Under the pieces are notes generated by a model that was given only the letters and a program-made list of their open reading frames with translations, searched no databases and had not been told where the DNA came from. Positions 28,112-37,335 of a stretch of DNA of 64,000 bases are shown one piece after another (position 1 is the first letter of the stretch; every line of letters begins with the position of its first letter). Both the position numbers and the translations under genes were made by a program. The stretch is from Candidatus Latescibacterota bacterium (GTDB taxonomy: Bacteria > Latescibacterota > UBA2968 > UBA8231): the NCBI GenBank assembly GCA_965203175.1, contig OZ241867.1, positions 4,512,001 to 4,576,000 on the forward strand. Reading direction: 5' to 3'.

Positions 28112-29391
28112 TGTTCCAGCGGGAAGGCGACCACCTCACCTAAGCAAGACGCGCCGGCAACGATCATAACCAGCCGATCCAATCCCAAGGCCACGCCACC
28201 AGCCGGTGGAATGCCTCGTTCCATAGCCGTGAGAAACGCCTCGTCGGCCGGTGCGCGCCCCGGTCGCGCGCCCCGTGCAAAGCGCTCGCGCTGTTGGGCT
28301 GGGTCATTTAACTCCGTATAGCCATTTGATAGCTCCACTCCCCCCAAGTACGCCTCCGTCCTCTCAGCTATAGCTGGATTGCCTTCTTTTAATTTGGCCA
28401 ATGCGGCCAATTGCCGGGGATAATCGAAAAGATGGACGGCTCCTAGTTTGGCTAGTTCTGGCTCGACTCTCTCCAGCAGAATTTTGTGGTATAAGTCTTC
28501 CCAACTATCCCCCCGTCTAGCGCTGTCGTAGCCTAGGACACGTGCACGGCGAAAAAGCGACCCCGTGTCTGCACAGGCATTCAAATCGACGGCGGCCCAG
28601 CGCGCAAAGGCATCGCGGACGCTAAGCCGCTTCCACGGCGGCTGTAAATCGACCTCGCGTCCTTCTCGGACTACGCTCGACCGCCCCAAGACGCTTCCCA
28701 CCACATGGATCACCAAATTTTCGACATCGGCCATGATTTCTTCGTAACTGGCGTACGCCCGATACCATTCGATTAGGGCAAACTCGGGATTGTGTTGCGG
28801 CCCCATCTCCCCATTGCGGTACGAGCGGCTGATCTGGTAAATCCGCTCAAAGCCCACCCCTAGCAACCGCTTCATATACAGCTCGGGCGAGGGGGCCAGG
28901 TAAAGCTGTTCCTGCGCCTTATCCCCTTGGTATTCTGTGGCAAATAGCTGTATGTGCTCTTCTTGTGCCGAGGCGCGGGCCAACGTGGGCGTCTCCACAG
29001 CGAGAAAGCCCGCATCCTTGAAAAAACTGCGCACGGCATCTAACACTGCGGCCCGTACCCGCATATTCGCCCACAGCCCGTTGGAGTGAAACCGCGTCCA
29101 ATCCCCCTGGCTCCAATCCGCTCGGCTAGAGGCTAACAAGCGAATTTGAGTGACGTCTATAACCCCTTCTGCAGCAATTCCATATAACTCGACTATATCC
29201 CCGGTTTTTATCCCTTCTACCCGCGTCTCTACAACGAAATCAACCCCTCCGCTCTCGTCTGCGATTCTCCCCCTCCCTTTGGCTAGGTGGAGAAGCCGCC
29301 CCCGCACAGCCACTTCTCCGACCAAGATTGCCGCAGCGGCCACAGGCTGGTGTCGCCACAGCATCCGCGATGGGTAATACCTAGATTGCAT
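28108..29391 (-). CDS. epmA: EF-P lysine aminoacylase EpmA/GenX with an N-terminal OB-fold-like extension
   Basis: [52 protein letters not shown]; start set at ATG 29391, downstream of the clpX terminator. Confidence 0.85.
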   Translation of the reverse strand: MQSRYYPSRMLWRHQPVAAAAILVGEVAVRGRLLHLAKGRGRIADESGGVDFVVETRVEGIKTGDIVELYGIAAEGVIDVTQIRLLASSRADWSQGDWTRFHSNGLWANMRVRAAVLDAVRSFFKDAGFLAVETPTLARASAQEEHIQLFATEYQGDKAQEQLYLAPSPELYMKRLLGVGFERIYQISRSYRNGEMGPQHNPEFALIEWYRAYASYEEIMADVENLVIHVVGSVLGRSSVVREGREVDLQPPWKRLSVRDAFARWAAVDLNACADTGSLFRRARVLGYDSARRGDSWEDLYHKILLERVEPELAKLGAVHLFDYPRQLAALAKLKEGNPAIAERTEAYLGGVELSNGYTELNDPAQQRERFARGARPGRAPADEAFLTAMERGIPPAGGVALGLDRLVMIVAGASCLGEVVAFPLEH

Positions 29392-29405
29392 TGCGCGTTT
29401 CCCAC

Positions 29406-29449
29406 AAAAAAAACCCCTCTCCGCCAGCGAACGCACTAGTAGAGAAGGG
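29406..29449 (-). terminator. Rho-independent terminator after clpX
   Basis: Long GC/GU stem (CCCTTCTC...GGAGAGGG) followed by T8 on the minus strand. Confidence 0.7.
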
Positions 29450-29481
29450 ACACAGCTAAAGCCCAAAGCCCGGTTTGGGAA

Positions 29482-30708
29482 TCAGGCCCTCTTCTTGTTA
29501 TACACAAAAGTCGGCGGTGCTTTGTTTTCGATGAACTCCTTGGTAATGACGCATTCGGCGATGTCGTTTCGGGCTGGGAGATCGAACATGATTTCAAACA
29601 TGACGGTCTCTAAGACTGCCCGCAGACCGCGCGCTCCCATTTCTTTTTCTTGGGTCGATTCGACGACCTTCTGCAGAGCTTCTTCTTCAAATCGCAGGGA
29701 AATGCCGTCCATCTCAAACAGTTTTTGGTACTGTTTGACGAGTGCGTTCCTCGGTTTAAGCAGGATGTCCATCAATGCCTGATCGCTGAGGGGGTGCAAA
29801 ATACCCACCACCGGCAAGCGGCCAATCAATTCGGGAATTAGACCGTACTGGATCAATTCTTCGGGTTCGACTCGCGCCAGCAGATTAACCCCGTCCATTT
29901 CCTCGCCGTCGTCAAGGCGGCCACCAAAGCCCATGGACTTGGTTCCGATGCGCTGGCTAATAATTTTGTCTAGTCCATCGAAAGCCCCTCCACAGATAAA
30001 GAGAATGTTTTTGGTGTTTATTTGCACCAAGGGCTGTTCGGGATGCTTGCGTCCTCCCTTAGGAGGCACCCCTGACACCGTCCCCTCTAAGATCTTGAGG
30101 AGCTCCTGTTGGACGCCTTCACCTGAAACGTCGCGAGTTATGGAGGGATTGCCGGATTTGCGGGCGACTTTGTCCAGTTCGTCGATGAACAAGATTCCGC
30201 GCTCGGCTTGTTTGACATCGTAATCTGCGGCTTGGAGGAGCCGCACTAGGATATTCTCTACGTCCTCGCCCACGTATCCGGCCTCGGTAAGGACGGTGGC
30301 ATCGACGATGGCAAAGGGCACTTGTAATACGCGCGCCAACGTCTCCGCCAAAAGCGTCTTGCCCACTCCGGTGGGGCCGATGAGCAGAATATTGCTCTTA
30401 CTGAGCTGGACATCCGCAGCACCGGAATGTACCCGCTTGTAGTGATTGTATACGGCAACCGAGAGCGCTTTTTTAGCGCGTTCTTGGCCAATGATATGCG
30501 CGTCGAGGTGGGCCTTAATTTCAGCTGGCTTGGGCAGCGGACGACCATTGAGACTGGGCTCGTGCTTATCGTCCTCTTCCAGCATCTCGTTGCACAAGCC
30601 GATGCACTCACTGCATATATACACCGAAGGTCCCTGAATGACCTTCTCGACTTGCTCGCCCCCCTTGCCGCAGAACGAACAGGCTATATCGGGCGCTTTT
30701 TTACTCAT
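29482..30708 (-). CDS. clpX: ATP-dependent Clp protease ATP-binding subunit ClpX
   Basis: CSFCGK...CSEC zinc finger, [31 protein letters not shown] and MGF loops. Confidence 0.98.
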   Translation of the reverse strand: MSKKAPDIACSFCGKGGEQVEKVIQGPSVYICSECIGLCNEMLEEDDKHEPSLNGRPLPKPAEIKAHLDAHIIGQERAKKALSVAVYNHYKRVHSGAADVQLSKSNILLIGPTGVGKTLLAETLARVLQVPFAIVDATVLTEAGYVGEDVENILVRLLQAADYDVKQAERGILFIDELDKVARKSGNPSITRDVSGEGVQQELLKILEGTVSGVPPKGGRKHPEQPLVQINTKNILFICGGAFDGLDKIISQRIGTKSMGFGGRLDDGEEMDGVNLLARVEPEELIQYGLIPELIGRLPVVGILHPLSDQALMDILLKPRNALVKQYQKLFEMDGISLRFEEEALQKVVESTQEKEMGARGLRAVLETVMFEIMFDLPARNDIAECVITKEFIENKAPPTFVYNKKRA

Positions 30709-30714
30709 CTTCCC

Positions 30715-31362
30715 CTACGGCCTGCCCTCATCGTCATCTTGGGAATCCGGGGTACTATCCTGACTCTCAGAGGGATCGCTGGAGACTTCGACATTCTCGG
30801 CCTCCTCGGTTTCGTCGTGGAGCTCGGTCGTGGTCGGAATGTCCGAGGTCTCCGAGGTCGTCTCCTCTTCGGCCTTATCTTGGCCGGCCTTCATCACATT
30901 GATGGCTTGGAATCCCTTAGCGGTGCGGGTTACCATGAACTCAACTTCGTCATCTTGGGTCAAACTCCGGTCCCAAGAGGAAATATCGCGCCAGTGGACG
31001 AAGACATCGACATGGCTATCTGTAGAAATAAAACCATATCCCTTATCGTTGTTAAACCACTTGACTACGCCTCGAGTCCAAGTGTTTTCCGCCAAGGCAC
31101 GGCGATCATGCGTCGGGGGGGTGCTTTCTGCACTGCCGGGGAGTGAACGAGGCGGCTGCTTCTTTCCCTCACTCTCCAGAACGCGGGCGAGTAGGTCTTG
31201 CTTGAGGCTTTGGCCGCCCTCGGTACCTTGGGCGATCCACTCGATAGCCGCCATCATACCTATGACGTAAGGGCTATCATTGCCGTAGAGCCTGCGGGCG
31301 TCCCCAATGCGTTGAGCCAATTCACTCACCGCTGTGCTTTCTAAGTGTATTGAACTACCCAA
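30715..31362 (-). CDS. Cold-shock domain protein with N-terminal helical domain and acidic tail
   Basis: GVVKWFNNDKGYGFI, DVFVHW, KGFQAINV; AGGAGGAG RBS before a TTG start. Confidence 0.9.
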   Translation of the reverse strand: MGSSIHLESTAVSELAQRIGDARRLYGNDSPYVIGMMAAIEWIAQGTEGGQSLKQDLLARVLESEGKKQPPRSLPGSAESTPPTHDRRALAENTWTRGVVKWFNNDKGYGFISTDSHVDVFVHWRDISSWDRSLTQDDEVEFMVTRTAKGFQAINVMKAGQDKAEEETTSETSDIPTTTELHDETEEAENVEVSSDPSESQDSTPDSQDDDEGRP

Positions 31363-31464
31363 TCTACTCCTCCTACCCCCTAAAGGGCCTTAAATGCCGC
31401 TTAGCAAAATTTGGGATGGGATGCGAGACGATGTAGTTAAGCACATACATATAGGTTTGTCAAC

Positions 31465-32847
31465 CTATCTCAATCGGTATTGCCTGACCCCTTCGTAGAT
31501 GGTTTGGCTGCTTACTTTCGCGATGCCCGTGAGCGGTACGGCGATCAGCATCCCAACGATGCCCATCAACTGGCTTCCCACCATGACGACAAAGAGGACG
31601 ACCAAAGGGTGCAGCTCGACGCTTTTGGCCACCACTGTGGGTTGAATGAGTACGTTGTCGATCAGTTGAACGATCAAGAACATAATGATCACTTTGGCCA
31701 CCATCGCCAAGCCACCGCCGGTAGCCAAGGCCACAATCGAAGAACAAACGATCCCGATCAATGGCCCGAGATACGGGATTACGTTGGCCAATCCGGCGAG
31801 CAAACCCAGAGGCAAGGCATAATAGACGCCGATAATGGACAAGCCGCTAATCGAGAGCACAGATACGACGAGGACGGCCAAAAGCTGACCGCGGATATAA
31901 TTCCCGATCTGTTTATTGGCTTGATACATCAAGTTTAAGCACAACTCAAAATAGGCGTTGGGAACGAGTGCAATCAGGCACCGCGTCAAGCGCCGCCCCT
32001 CTTTGAGGAAGAAGAACGCCACAAACGGCACAATCACTGCAAAAGTAAGACCCGAGATCACCCCCTCGATAAACATCGTAGTGCCCCCCAACATGGTCTT
32101 CATCAGCCGCTCGCCATGTTCCCGGATCAACTCGGCGAGGCGGAAATCGCTCCCCAAATAGGGCTGCAGCATGGGCTCAATGCTTGAGGCTCTAGCGCTG
32201 GTTTCCGTCAGGATCCTATCGCCTATTTCCACCAAGACGTTGGGGTCGACCTTGCCAAAACCAACATCGGCACGCGAAAACACAACGGAACCCGATTTGC
32301 CTACTGCTTGGTCCCCGGCGACCGCACCGCTATTGCCGTGGACGCTAATGCGCTGGCTGTACTCGTCTTTTCCCTGCGAGTACGCGATCAAGAGCGCGTT
32401 TGCAGCCGGTGAGTGGTCTTTGGGCACAAAGCGAAGGTGAATTGCCAATTCCTCCCTGGGAGCGATCCCTAGTGGCCAGCGGTGTTCCTCTCTTAGGACG
32501 AACGGCTGTTCCCGCGAATCGTCTTCCCAAGCCATCCCTTGGATGATTAGGAGTTTGTCGCCGGTGTTGGCGATGGTAAGAACCTGATCAACCGTTTCTC
32601 CGGTCAGCTTATCTCCGACCTTGAATGCGCCTATCCCCAACCCGGCAAAAACGATCAAGAAAACAAAAAGTGTACTCCAAACTCGCCCCAAGCCCCTTCT
32701 CTCCATCCAATCGACGATCGGGTAGAGGATATAGGCCAAGACGAAGGCGAAAACAAAAGGAGTAAGAATTCCGCGAATCTCGTATAGAAACCACCCGAGG
32801 ACCGCTACGGCCACCAAGCCGATTGCGACTTTAACTTGCCAATTCAT
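31465..32847 (-). CDS. AI-2E (UPF0118/PerM) family transporter with an inserted Ig-like domain
   Basis: PFVFAFVLAYILYP, YIRGQ, NVIPYLGP, LHPLVV, GMLIAVP; about 125-aa soluble insert after the third TM. Confidence 0.9.
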   Translation of the reverse strand: MNWQVKVAIGLVAVAVLGWFLYEIRGILTPFVFAFVLAYILYPIVDWMERRGLGRVWSTLFVFLIVFAGLGIGAFKVGDKLTGETVDQVLTIANTGDKLLIIQGMAWEDDSREQPFVLREEHRWPLGIAPREELAIHLRFVPKDHSPAANALLIAYSQGKDEYSQRISVHGNSGAVAGDQAVGKSGSVVFSRADVGFGKVDPNVLVEIGDRILTETSARASSIEPMLQPYLGSDFRLAELIREHGERLMKTMLGGTTMFIEGVISGLTFAVIVPFVAFFFLKEGRRLTRCLIALVPNAYFELCLNLMYQANKQIGNYIRGQLLAVLVVSVLSISGLSIIGVYYALPLGLLAGLANVIPYLGPLIGIVCSSIVALATGGGLAMVAKVIIMFLIVQLIDNVLIQPTVVAKSVELHPLVVLFVVMVGSQLMGIVGMLIAVPLTGIAKVSSQTIYEGVRQYRLR

Positions 32848-33422
32848 TGTATATTACCTGCCCGCCGCGCCCCTTTTAGCAGGCGCTCGGGGGTGCGTAG
32901 CTGCACCGAGAATTTCTTTATCAGTTCGGGTACGTCGGTCGAGATCATTTGCGCTAAGCCCTCGACCATCTTCAAGGCGAGTGGGGTGTTGTTCTCTAGG
33001 AGTTCAAGTAAGTCGGGGCGGCAAAACACGAGGAGCCTACAAGGTTGGAGGGCGTAAGCTGAAGCGGAGCGCGGCAATTCATCTACAAGGGCCTGCGCGC
33101 CGAAAAAATCTCCACGTGTCAAGGTGGCTAGCTGTTTCTCAAACCCATCGTCGCCTATCTGTGCGATCCGCACTTGGCCGGAGGCGACGATGTACATCCC
33201 CATCCCGGGATCCCCTTGGTTGATAATCGTTTCGCCGGCTCGCCAATTCCGCGGCCCGTAGAGCATGTCTTCTATCTTGTGCAGCTCGCGTCCGCTCAGG
33301 TCCTGAAAAATGGGCACTTTCTTCAAGAGCCTACAGGTGGAGGACTCTTCCTCCTTACGACCGCTCCTTACGCTTTCTTGCAGACGGCGAAAGACATGCC
33401 TCCAGAGAGGATTAGACGGCAT
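32844..33422 (-). CDS. Cyclic nucleotide-binding domain protein (no HTH)
   Basis: LKKVPIFQDLS, GETIINQGDPG, MYIVASGQV, GDFFG.QAL..PRSASA; 4-nt overlap with the AI-2E start. Confidence 0.9.
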   Translation of the reverse strand: MPSNPLWRHVFRRLQESVRSGRKEEESSTCRLLKKVPIFQDLSGRELHKIEDMLYGPRNWRAGETIINQGDPGMGMYIVASGQVRIAQIGDDGFEKQLATLTRGDFFGAQALVDELPRSASAYALQPCRLLVFCRPDLLELLENNTPLALKMVEGLAQMISTDVPELIKKFSVQLRTPERLLKGARRAGNIQ

Positions 33423-33475
33423 CTTTAGCACTCCCGCTCAGACCGGCAACGCCCCAAACCCTCTCGTCCGCACAA

Positions 33476-33802
33476 TTAGGCCAATGCGGTCTCTAGCTTT
33501 TCGGTGATTTGCCCTTTGGGGACGGCGCCAATGATCTGGTCGGCGACTTTGCCCCCTTTAAAAATGAGTAAGGTGGGGATGCTGCGGATGCCGAATTCGG
33601 CGGCTGTTTTCTGGGCCATATCGACGTCCAATTTGCACACTTTGGCCCTGCCCTCGTATTCACTGCTCAATTCTTGGACAATCGGGGCAATCACTCGGCA
33701 CGGGCCACACCACGTCGCCCAAAAATCCACGAGCACGGGCAGGCTGGTATCGAGAACTTCAGCACTGAAATTGTCATCGGTTAAGACGATGGGTTCACTC
33801 AC
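33476..33802 (-). CDS. trxA: Thioredoxin
   Basis: VDFWATWCGPC, IRSIPTL. Confidence 0.97.
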   Translation of the reverse strand: MSEPIVLTDDNFSAEVLDTSLPVLVDFWATWCGPCRVIAPIVQELSSEYEGRAKVCKLDVDMAQKTAAEFGIRSIPTLLIFKGGKVADQIIGAVPKGQITEKLETALA

Positions 33803-33867
33803 GATAGGTCCTTTGCTTATTAGTTTATACTTTTCAACATGTTACAAACACAACACCTTGTGTTTCA

Positions 33868-33896
33868 ATTATAGTCCTAGCACTACCCATTGTCAA
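33868..33896 (-). promoter_or_regulatory. Perfect consensus sigma-70 promoter for trxA
   Basis: TTGACA-17 nt-TATAAT. Confidence 0.85.
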
Positions 33897-33898
33897 GC

Positions 33899-34918
33899 TT
33901 AGCGCTTCCTGCACAACTTGGCCACCAGCAATTCCAAAATTAGGTAATCTTGGCGTCGTCCCTGCGATTTCAGACGCCAATCGGCTTCCCTTAAGGCACT
34001 CAACCCCGCCCACAGCCAAGAGGCGGGACGGTGCTGGGCCTGCTCCAAATACCCAGGCAAAAAGAACGGCGCAACACCTAATTCAGCGGCCATTTTGTCG
34101 CGCGGCAGCGACTTGTCCATTAGCCCCTTAGCCTTGAGTAAAAGTTGAAAGTGGCGAGTGACCATAGCTACGGCACGGGTCGGCTCTTCTCCTTGGCGGA
34201 GAAACCTTTGCATCAACTCTTGAGCTAGTTTACCCTGCCCTTTGCCGAGGGCATCGGCGAGATCGAACACGCCAGCCCCGCGTGTGATACCGGCGACCTG
34301 TTCAACCACAGAGGCAGTGATCAACTGCCCCTCCCCAACAAAACTGACCAACTTTTCTATCTCGCTGACTAGCTCGCGTGGTTTGGCCCCCACGTACTGG
34401 CTGAGCAGCTGGACGGCCTCGGAATCAATCTGTATCCCTTGGCGCTTGGAGTACCGCTGTATCCACTGCGGAACTTGGTTTTCGTAGGGCAGCCTAAATT
34501 CTAGCGCGCGACCCCGCTGCGAAAGTTCGCGAAAGAACTTCCGGCGCATATCCACCTTTTGGCCCACCACCAGCAGCCGACTGGTCCCCACCGGCGTTGT
34601 AAATACGCGCTCCAAACCGCGACACTGGTCAGCCGCTAGGGCCTCGGCATCGCGCAACACAATCAGTCGGCTCTCGGCCATCATGGGATAGGTCTCATAT
34701 ACCTGAAAAAAATCCAGCACCTCCAGGCGCTCGGCCCTCAGTACGTCGAGATTGAAATCCCGCGTCTGGGCTGGTACCAAAGCTTCTATCATAGACGCGA
34801 CCAAGGCTTCGCGCTCGTATTCCTCGTCCCCGTGAAGCAAATAAAAAGGGCGAACATCCCCCTTGGCGATTTCGGCCAGCAGTTGTTCAGGACTTAGCCC
34901 TTTGGCTCGCTTAGCCAC
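33899..34918 (-). CDS. holA: DNA polymerase III subunit delta
   Basis: YLLHGDEEY, DFN, YPMMAESRLIV, EIEKL, VFDLADA, D..LKS. Confidence 0.93.
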   Translation of the reverse strand: MAKRAKGLSPEQLLAEIAKGDVRPFYLLHGDEEYEREALVASMIEALVPAQTRDFNLDVLRAERLEVLDFFQVYETYPMMAESRLIVLRDAEALAADQCRGLERVFTTPVGTSRLLVVGQKVDMRRKFFRELSQRGRALEFRLPYENQVPQWIQRYSKRQGIQIDSEAVQLLSQYVGAKPRELVSEIEKLVSFVGEGQLITASVVEQVAGITRGAGVFDLADALGKGQGKLAQELMQRFLRQGEEPTRAVAMVTRHFQLLLKAKGLMDKSLPRDKMAAELGVAPFFLPGYLEQAQHRPASWLWAGLSALREADWRLKSQGRRQDYLILELLVAKLCRKR

Positions 34919-35105
34919 GATCTTTGCGTTCTACCTCTTCTTCATCCAATATGCTGTATTCGGCCTCGGCGACGCGGCTCGGATCAATGCTGCCGTGCTT
35001 GTTGGATGTGCCTCGGCGAGGCCCACCCCTTAGCTGTCGGTACACGGCGTAACACAGCAACACGATCGCCGTCGCCAGCAGCAGTTTGAACAACATGAAC
35101 ACCAT
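34911..35105 (-). CDS. Small membrane-anchored hypothetical protein
   Basis: N-terminal TM helix and C-terminal VAEAEY motif; overlaps the holA start. Confidence 0.7.
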   Translation of the reverse strand: MVFMLFKLLLATAIVLLCYAVYRQLRGGPRRGTSNKHGSIDPSRVAEAEYSILDEEEVERKDRG

Positions 35106-35144
35106 GGCTTGTTCATCCCTTCTTTCTGCCCGGAAATTTAATGC

Positions 35145-35173
35145 AAAAAGCTCCCCCTGTTACCGGGGGAGCT
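35145..35173 (-). terminator. Rho-independent terminator
   Basis: AGCTCCCCC...GGGGGAGCT stem plus T tract on the minus strand. Confidence 0.75.
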
Positions 35174-35202
35174 CTACGCAATGCAGCGAGCGGCGGACTC
35201 GA

Positions 35203-35658
35203 CTATTCCACGGCTTCCCACTTGAGCGGGAAGGGTTCGGTCTTGCCGGCCCTCTCCCACATTATCTCTAGGTTGCCATATATCTTGGTGAATTCGTCTT
35301 CGAGGCGCCCAATGCTCTTTTGGGCATTGGGCACAAAAGTCGGGAAGTCCGGCTCGACCAGCTTGCGCATCGCCGCCTTTAAGGCTCGCTTCATGGCGTT
35401 GTGCAAGGCCCGGAGACGCTTGTCTTCGAGCTCGACCTTCTCCAGCTCGTCGAGCAAGGTCTGCATGACCTGCTCGACGTCGTGGGCCTGAGAGGTCATG
35501 CCCTCGGTTGTTAAGTAGCGCTGATAGCGCATTAGCTGTTGGCTATGGCTTTCCAAGCCCTGCAAAGTCTGGATATAAGGAGTTAACTCATCTCTTTTTT
35601 CCCCACAGGCCAAAAGCCCGCTGACGACGAGTGCGATTATGATCGAATTTTTACGCAT
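35203..35658 (-). CDS. Hypothetical lipoprotein (all-helical)
   Basis: GGAGG RBS; MRKNSIIIALVVSGLLAC lipobox. Confidence 0.8.
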   Translation of the reverse strand: MRKNSIIIALVVSGLLACGEKRDELTPYIQTLQGLESHSQQLMRYQRYLTTEGMTSQAHDVEQVMQTLLDELEKVELEDKRLRALHNAMKRALKAAMRKLVEPDFPTFVPNAQKSIGRLEDEFTKIYGNLEIMWERAGKTEPFPLKWEAVE

Positions 35659-35701
35659 TGGTTCCTCCATTTCCCAAAGACATTGCTATATAAGCCCCAA
35701 C

Positions 35702-36562
35702 CTAATAATCTGTCGGGTATGCGTCAAATGGATGGCGGCGGCGATAGAGCACCGCGTTCAATTCACCGCCCAACAATAATGAAAAAGCCAGCAAGTACGC
35801 GGACAGCAAGAGGATGATGGCAGTCCCGAGTACGCCATGGATGATATTGTAATAGCTGAACCGCTCGATATAATCCAAGGCAATGGCTATGACCCCGGCC
35901 AAGCCAGAAGACATCACACTTCCCGGCAACACGTCCAACCAACGCAAGCGCACGGCAGGCATGATGTAGTAAATACAGGCGGCCGTGGTGACCATACCGA
36001 TCACGACCACCGCGCGCCTCAACAAGGCTACCAACGGAGCAAAGTGTGGAGAAGTCCAATAGCCCCTTAGCCAACTCTCGACGTGTTCGCCGAATATGAT
36101 GAGGTTAAAGAAAAAGACAAAAGAAATTCCCAAGACCACGATTAGGGCGAGCGAGAGAATGCGCCGCTTGTAGAAGGACCGATGCTCTTGCACGCCATAG
36201 GCTCGGTTGAGCGCCATCATCGTAGTGGACATGCTAGCCGACGCCGGCCAGATGACACCCAAGAATCCGATGACGAACAAACTCTGCGACGAGAGAAAGT
36301 TGATATTGTCTTCGACGACTGCCAGCAGCGGGACGGGGATGACAATACCTAAAAATTCGAGAACTTTGATGAAATCCTCAGGCGATATGCCTAGGAAGCC
36401 CAACAGGGCAGTCAGCACGAGAATACCTGGGAAAATGGCAAAAATAAAGTCAAAGGCCATGGCCGGGGCCGCAGTCGTGCAATCGTGGCGGTACGTCGCC
36501 ACCACGGCATCACGGCCAACTGCTAGACAGAAGGCGATCCGGCTTCTAAGCGCCTCTATCAC
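35702..36562 (-). CDS. YihY/virulence factor BrkB family membrane protein
   Basis: A.AMAF..IFAIFP, ALNRAY, LPGS, LLLGGELNA; GTG start overlapping the hisN stop. Confidence 0.88.
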   Translation of the reverse strand: MIEALRSRIAFCLAVGRDAVVATYRHDCTTAAPAMAFDFIFAIFPGILVLTALLGFLGISPEDFIKVLEFLGIVIPVPLLAVVEDNINFLSSQSLFVIGFLGVIWPASASMSTTMMALNRAYGVQEHRSFYKRRILSLALIVVLGISFVFFFNLIIFGEHVESWLRGYWTSPHFAPLVALLRRAVVVIGMVTTAACIYYIMPAVRLRWLDVLPGSVMSSGLAGVIAIALDYIERFSYYNIIHGVLGTAIILLLSAYLLAFSLLLGGELNAVLYRRRHPFDAYPTDY

Positions 36563-37335
36563 TGTGGCTGACCCAGATGCCCCATGATGGATGCAAAGAG
36601 ATGGCCGTTGGAAGAGAAGGCGTCTTTGCCGTATATCGTCGGCACTCCCTGCCAATCGGTAAAGGTGCCTCCGGCTTCCTGCAGAATCGGCAGCAATGGC
36701 CCGCAGTCCCACGGATTCATAATGGGGTCGAAGCTGGCCTCGGCCCGGCCGGTGGCCACGAGAATGTGGCCGTAACAATCGCCCCACCCCCGGCGCAGCC
36801 GAGTGCTAGTGACCAGCTTCTGCCACTCCTGTTGGCGGCCCTGTTCGGCAAAGCTCGGCCACGATGTATAGCAGATACAGGCCTGGCCTAACTCGGTTAC
36901 CGCAGACACCGCCGCTCGCCTGCCATTCCACCAACAGCCCTCGCCCCTAGCGGCCCACACCATCTCGTCAAGGGCCGGCATATAGCAACAGCCTACGTCA
37001 ACCCCATCGGGCCCTTCTCGCGCGATGAGCACTCCGTAAAGCGGCACCCCTTGGACAAAAGATTTCGTTCCGTCTATCGGGTCGATGATCCAACGCTTGC
37101 CGGAGCTTCCCTCAACTTGGCCAAACTCCTCGCCGACAATTCCGTCGTCGGGATAGGATAAGGCCAATAAGTCCCGTATCTTGGCCTCAGCTTCGCGGTC
37201 GGCGACGGTCACCGGCGATAGGTCTTCCTTCCACTCAGCGCGGATGCCCGACTGGAAGTAGCGCAGGGTGATCTTGCCCGCTTGCCAAGCCGCATCTACT
37301 GCAAAATCCAAGCAACTCCGCAGCGACGCGCTCAA
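36559..37335 (-). CDS. hisN: Inositol monophosphatase family, histidinol-phosphatase HisN-like
   Basis: SPVTVADREAE, GEE, WIIDPIDGTKSFVQGVP, WGDCYG, PWDCGP. Confidence 0.8.
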   Translation of the reverse strand: MSASLRSCLDFAVDAAWQAGKITLRYFQSGIRAEWKEDLSPVTVADREAEAKIRDLLALSYPDDGIVGEEFGQVEGSSGKRWIIDPIDGTKSFVQGVPLYGVLIAREGPDGVDVGCCYMPALDEMVWAARGEGCWWNGRRAAVSAVTELGQACICYTSWPSFAEQGRQQEWQKLVTSTRLRRGWGDCYGHILVATGRAEASFDPIMNPWDCGPLLPILQEAGGTFTDWQGVPTIYGKDAFSSNGHLFASIMGHLGQPQ

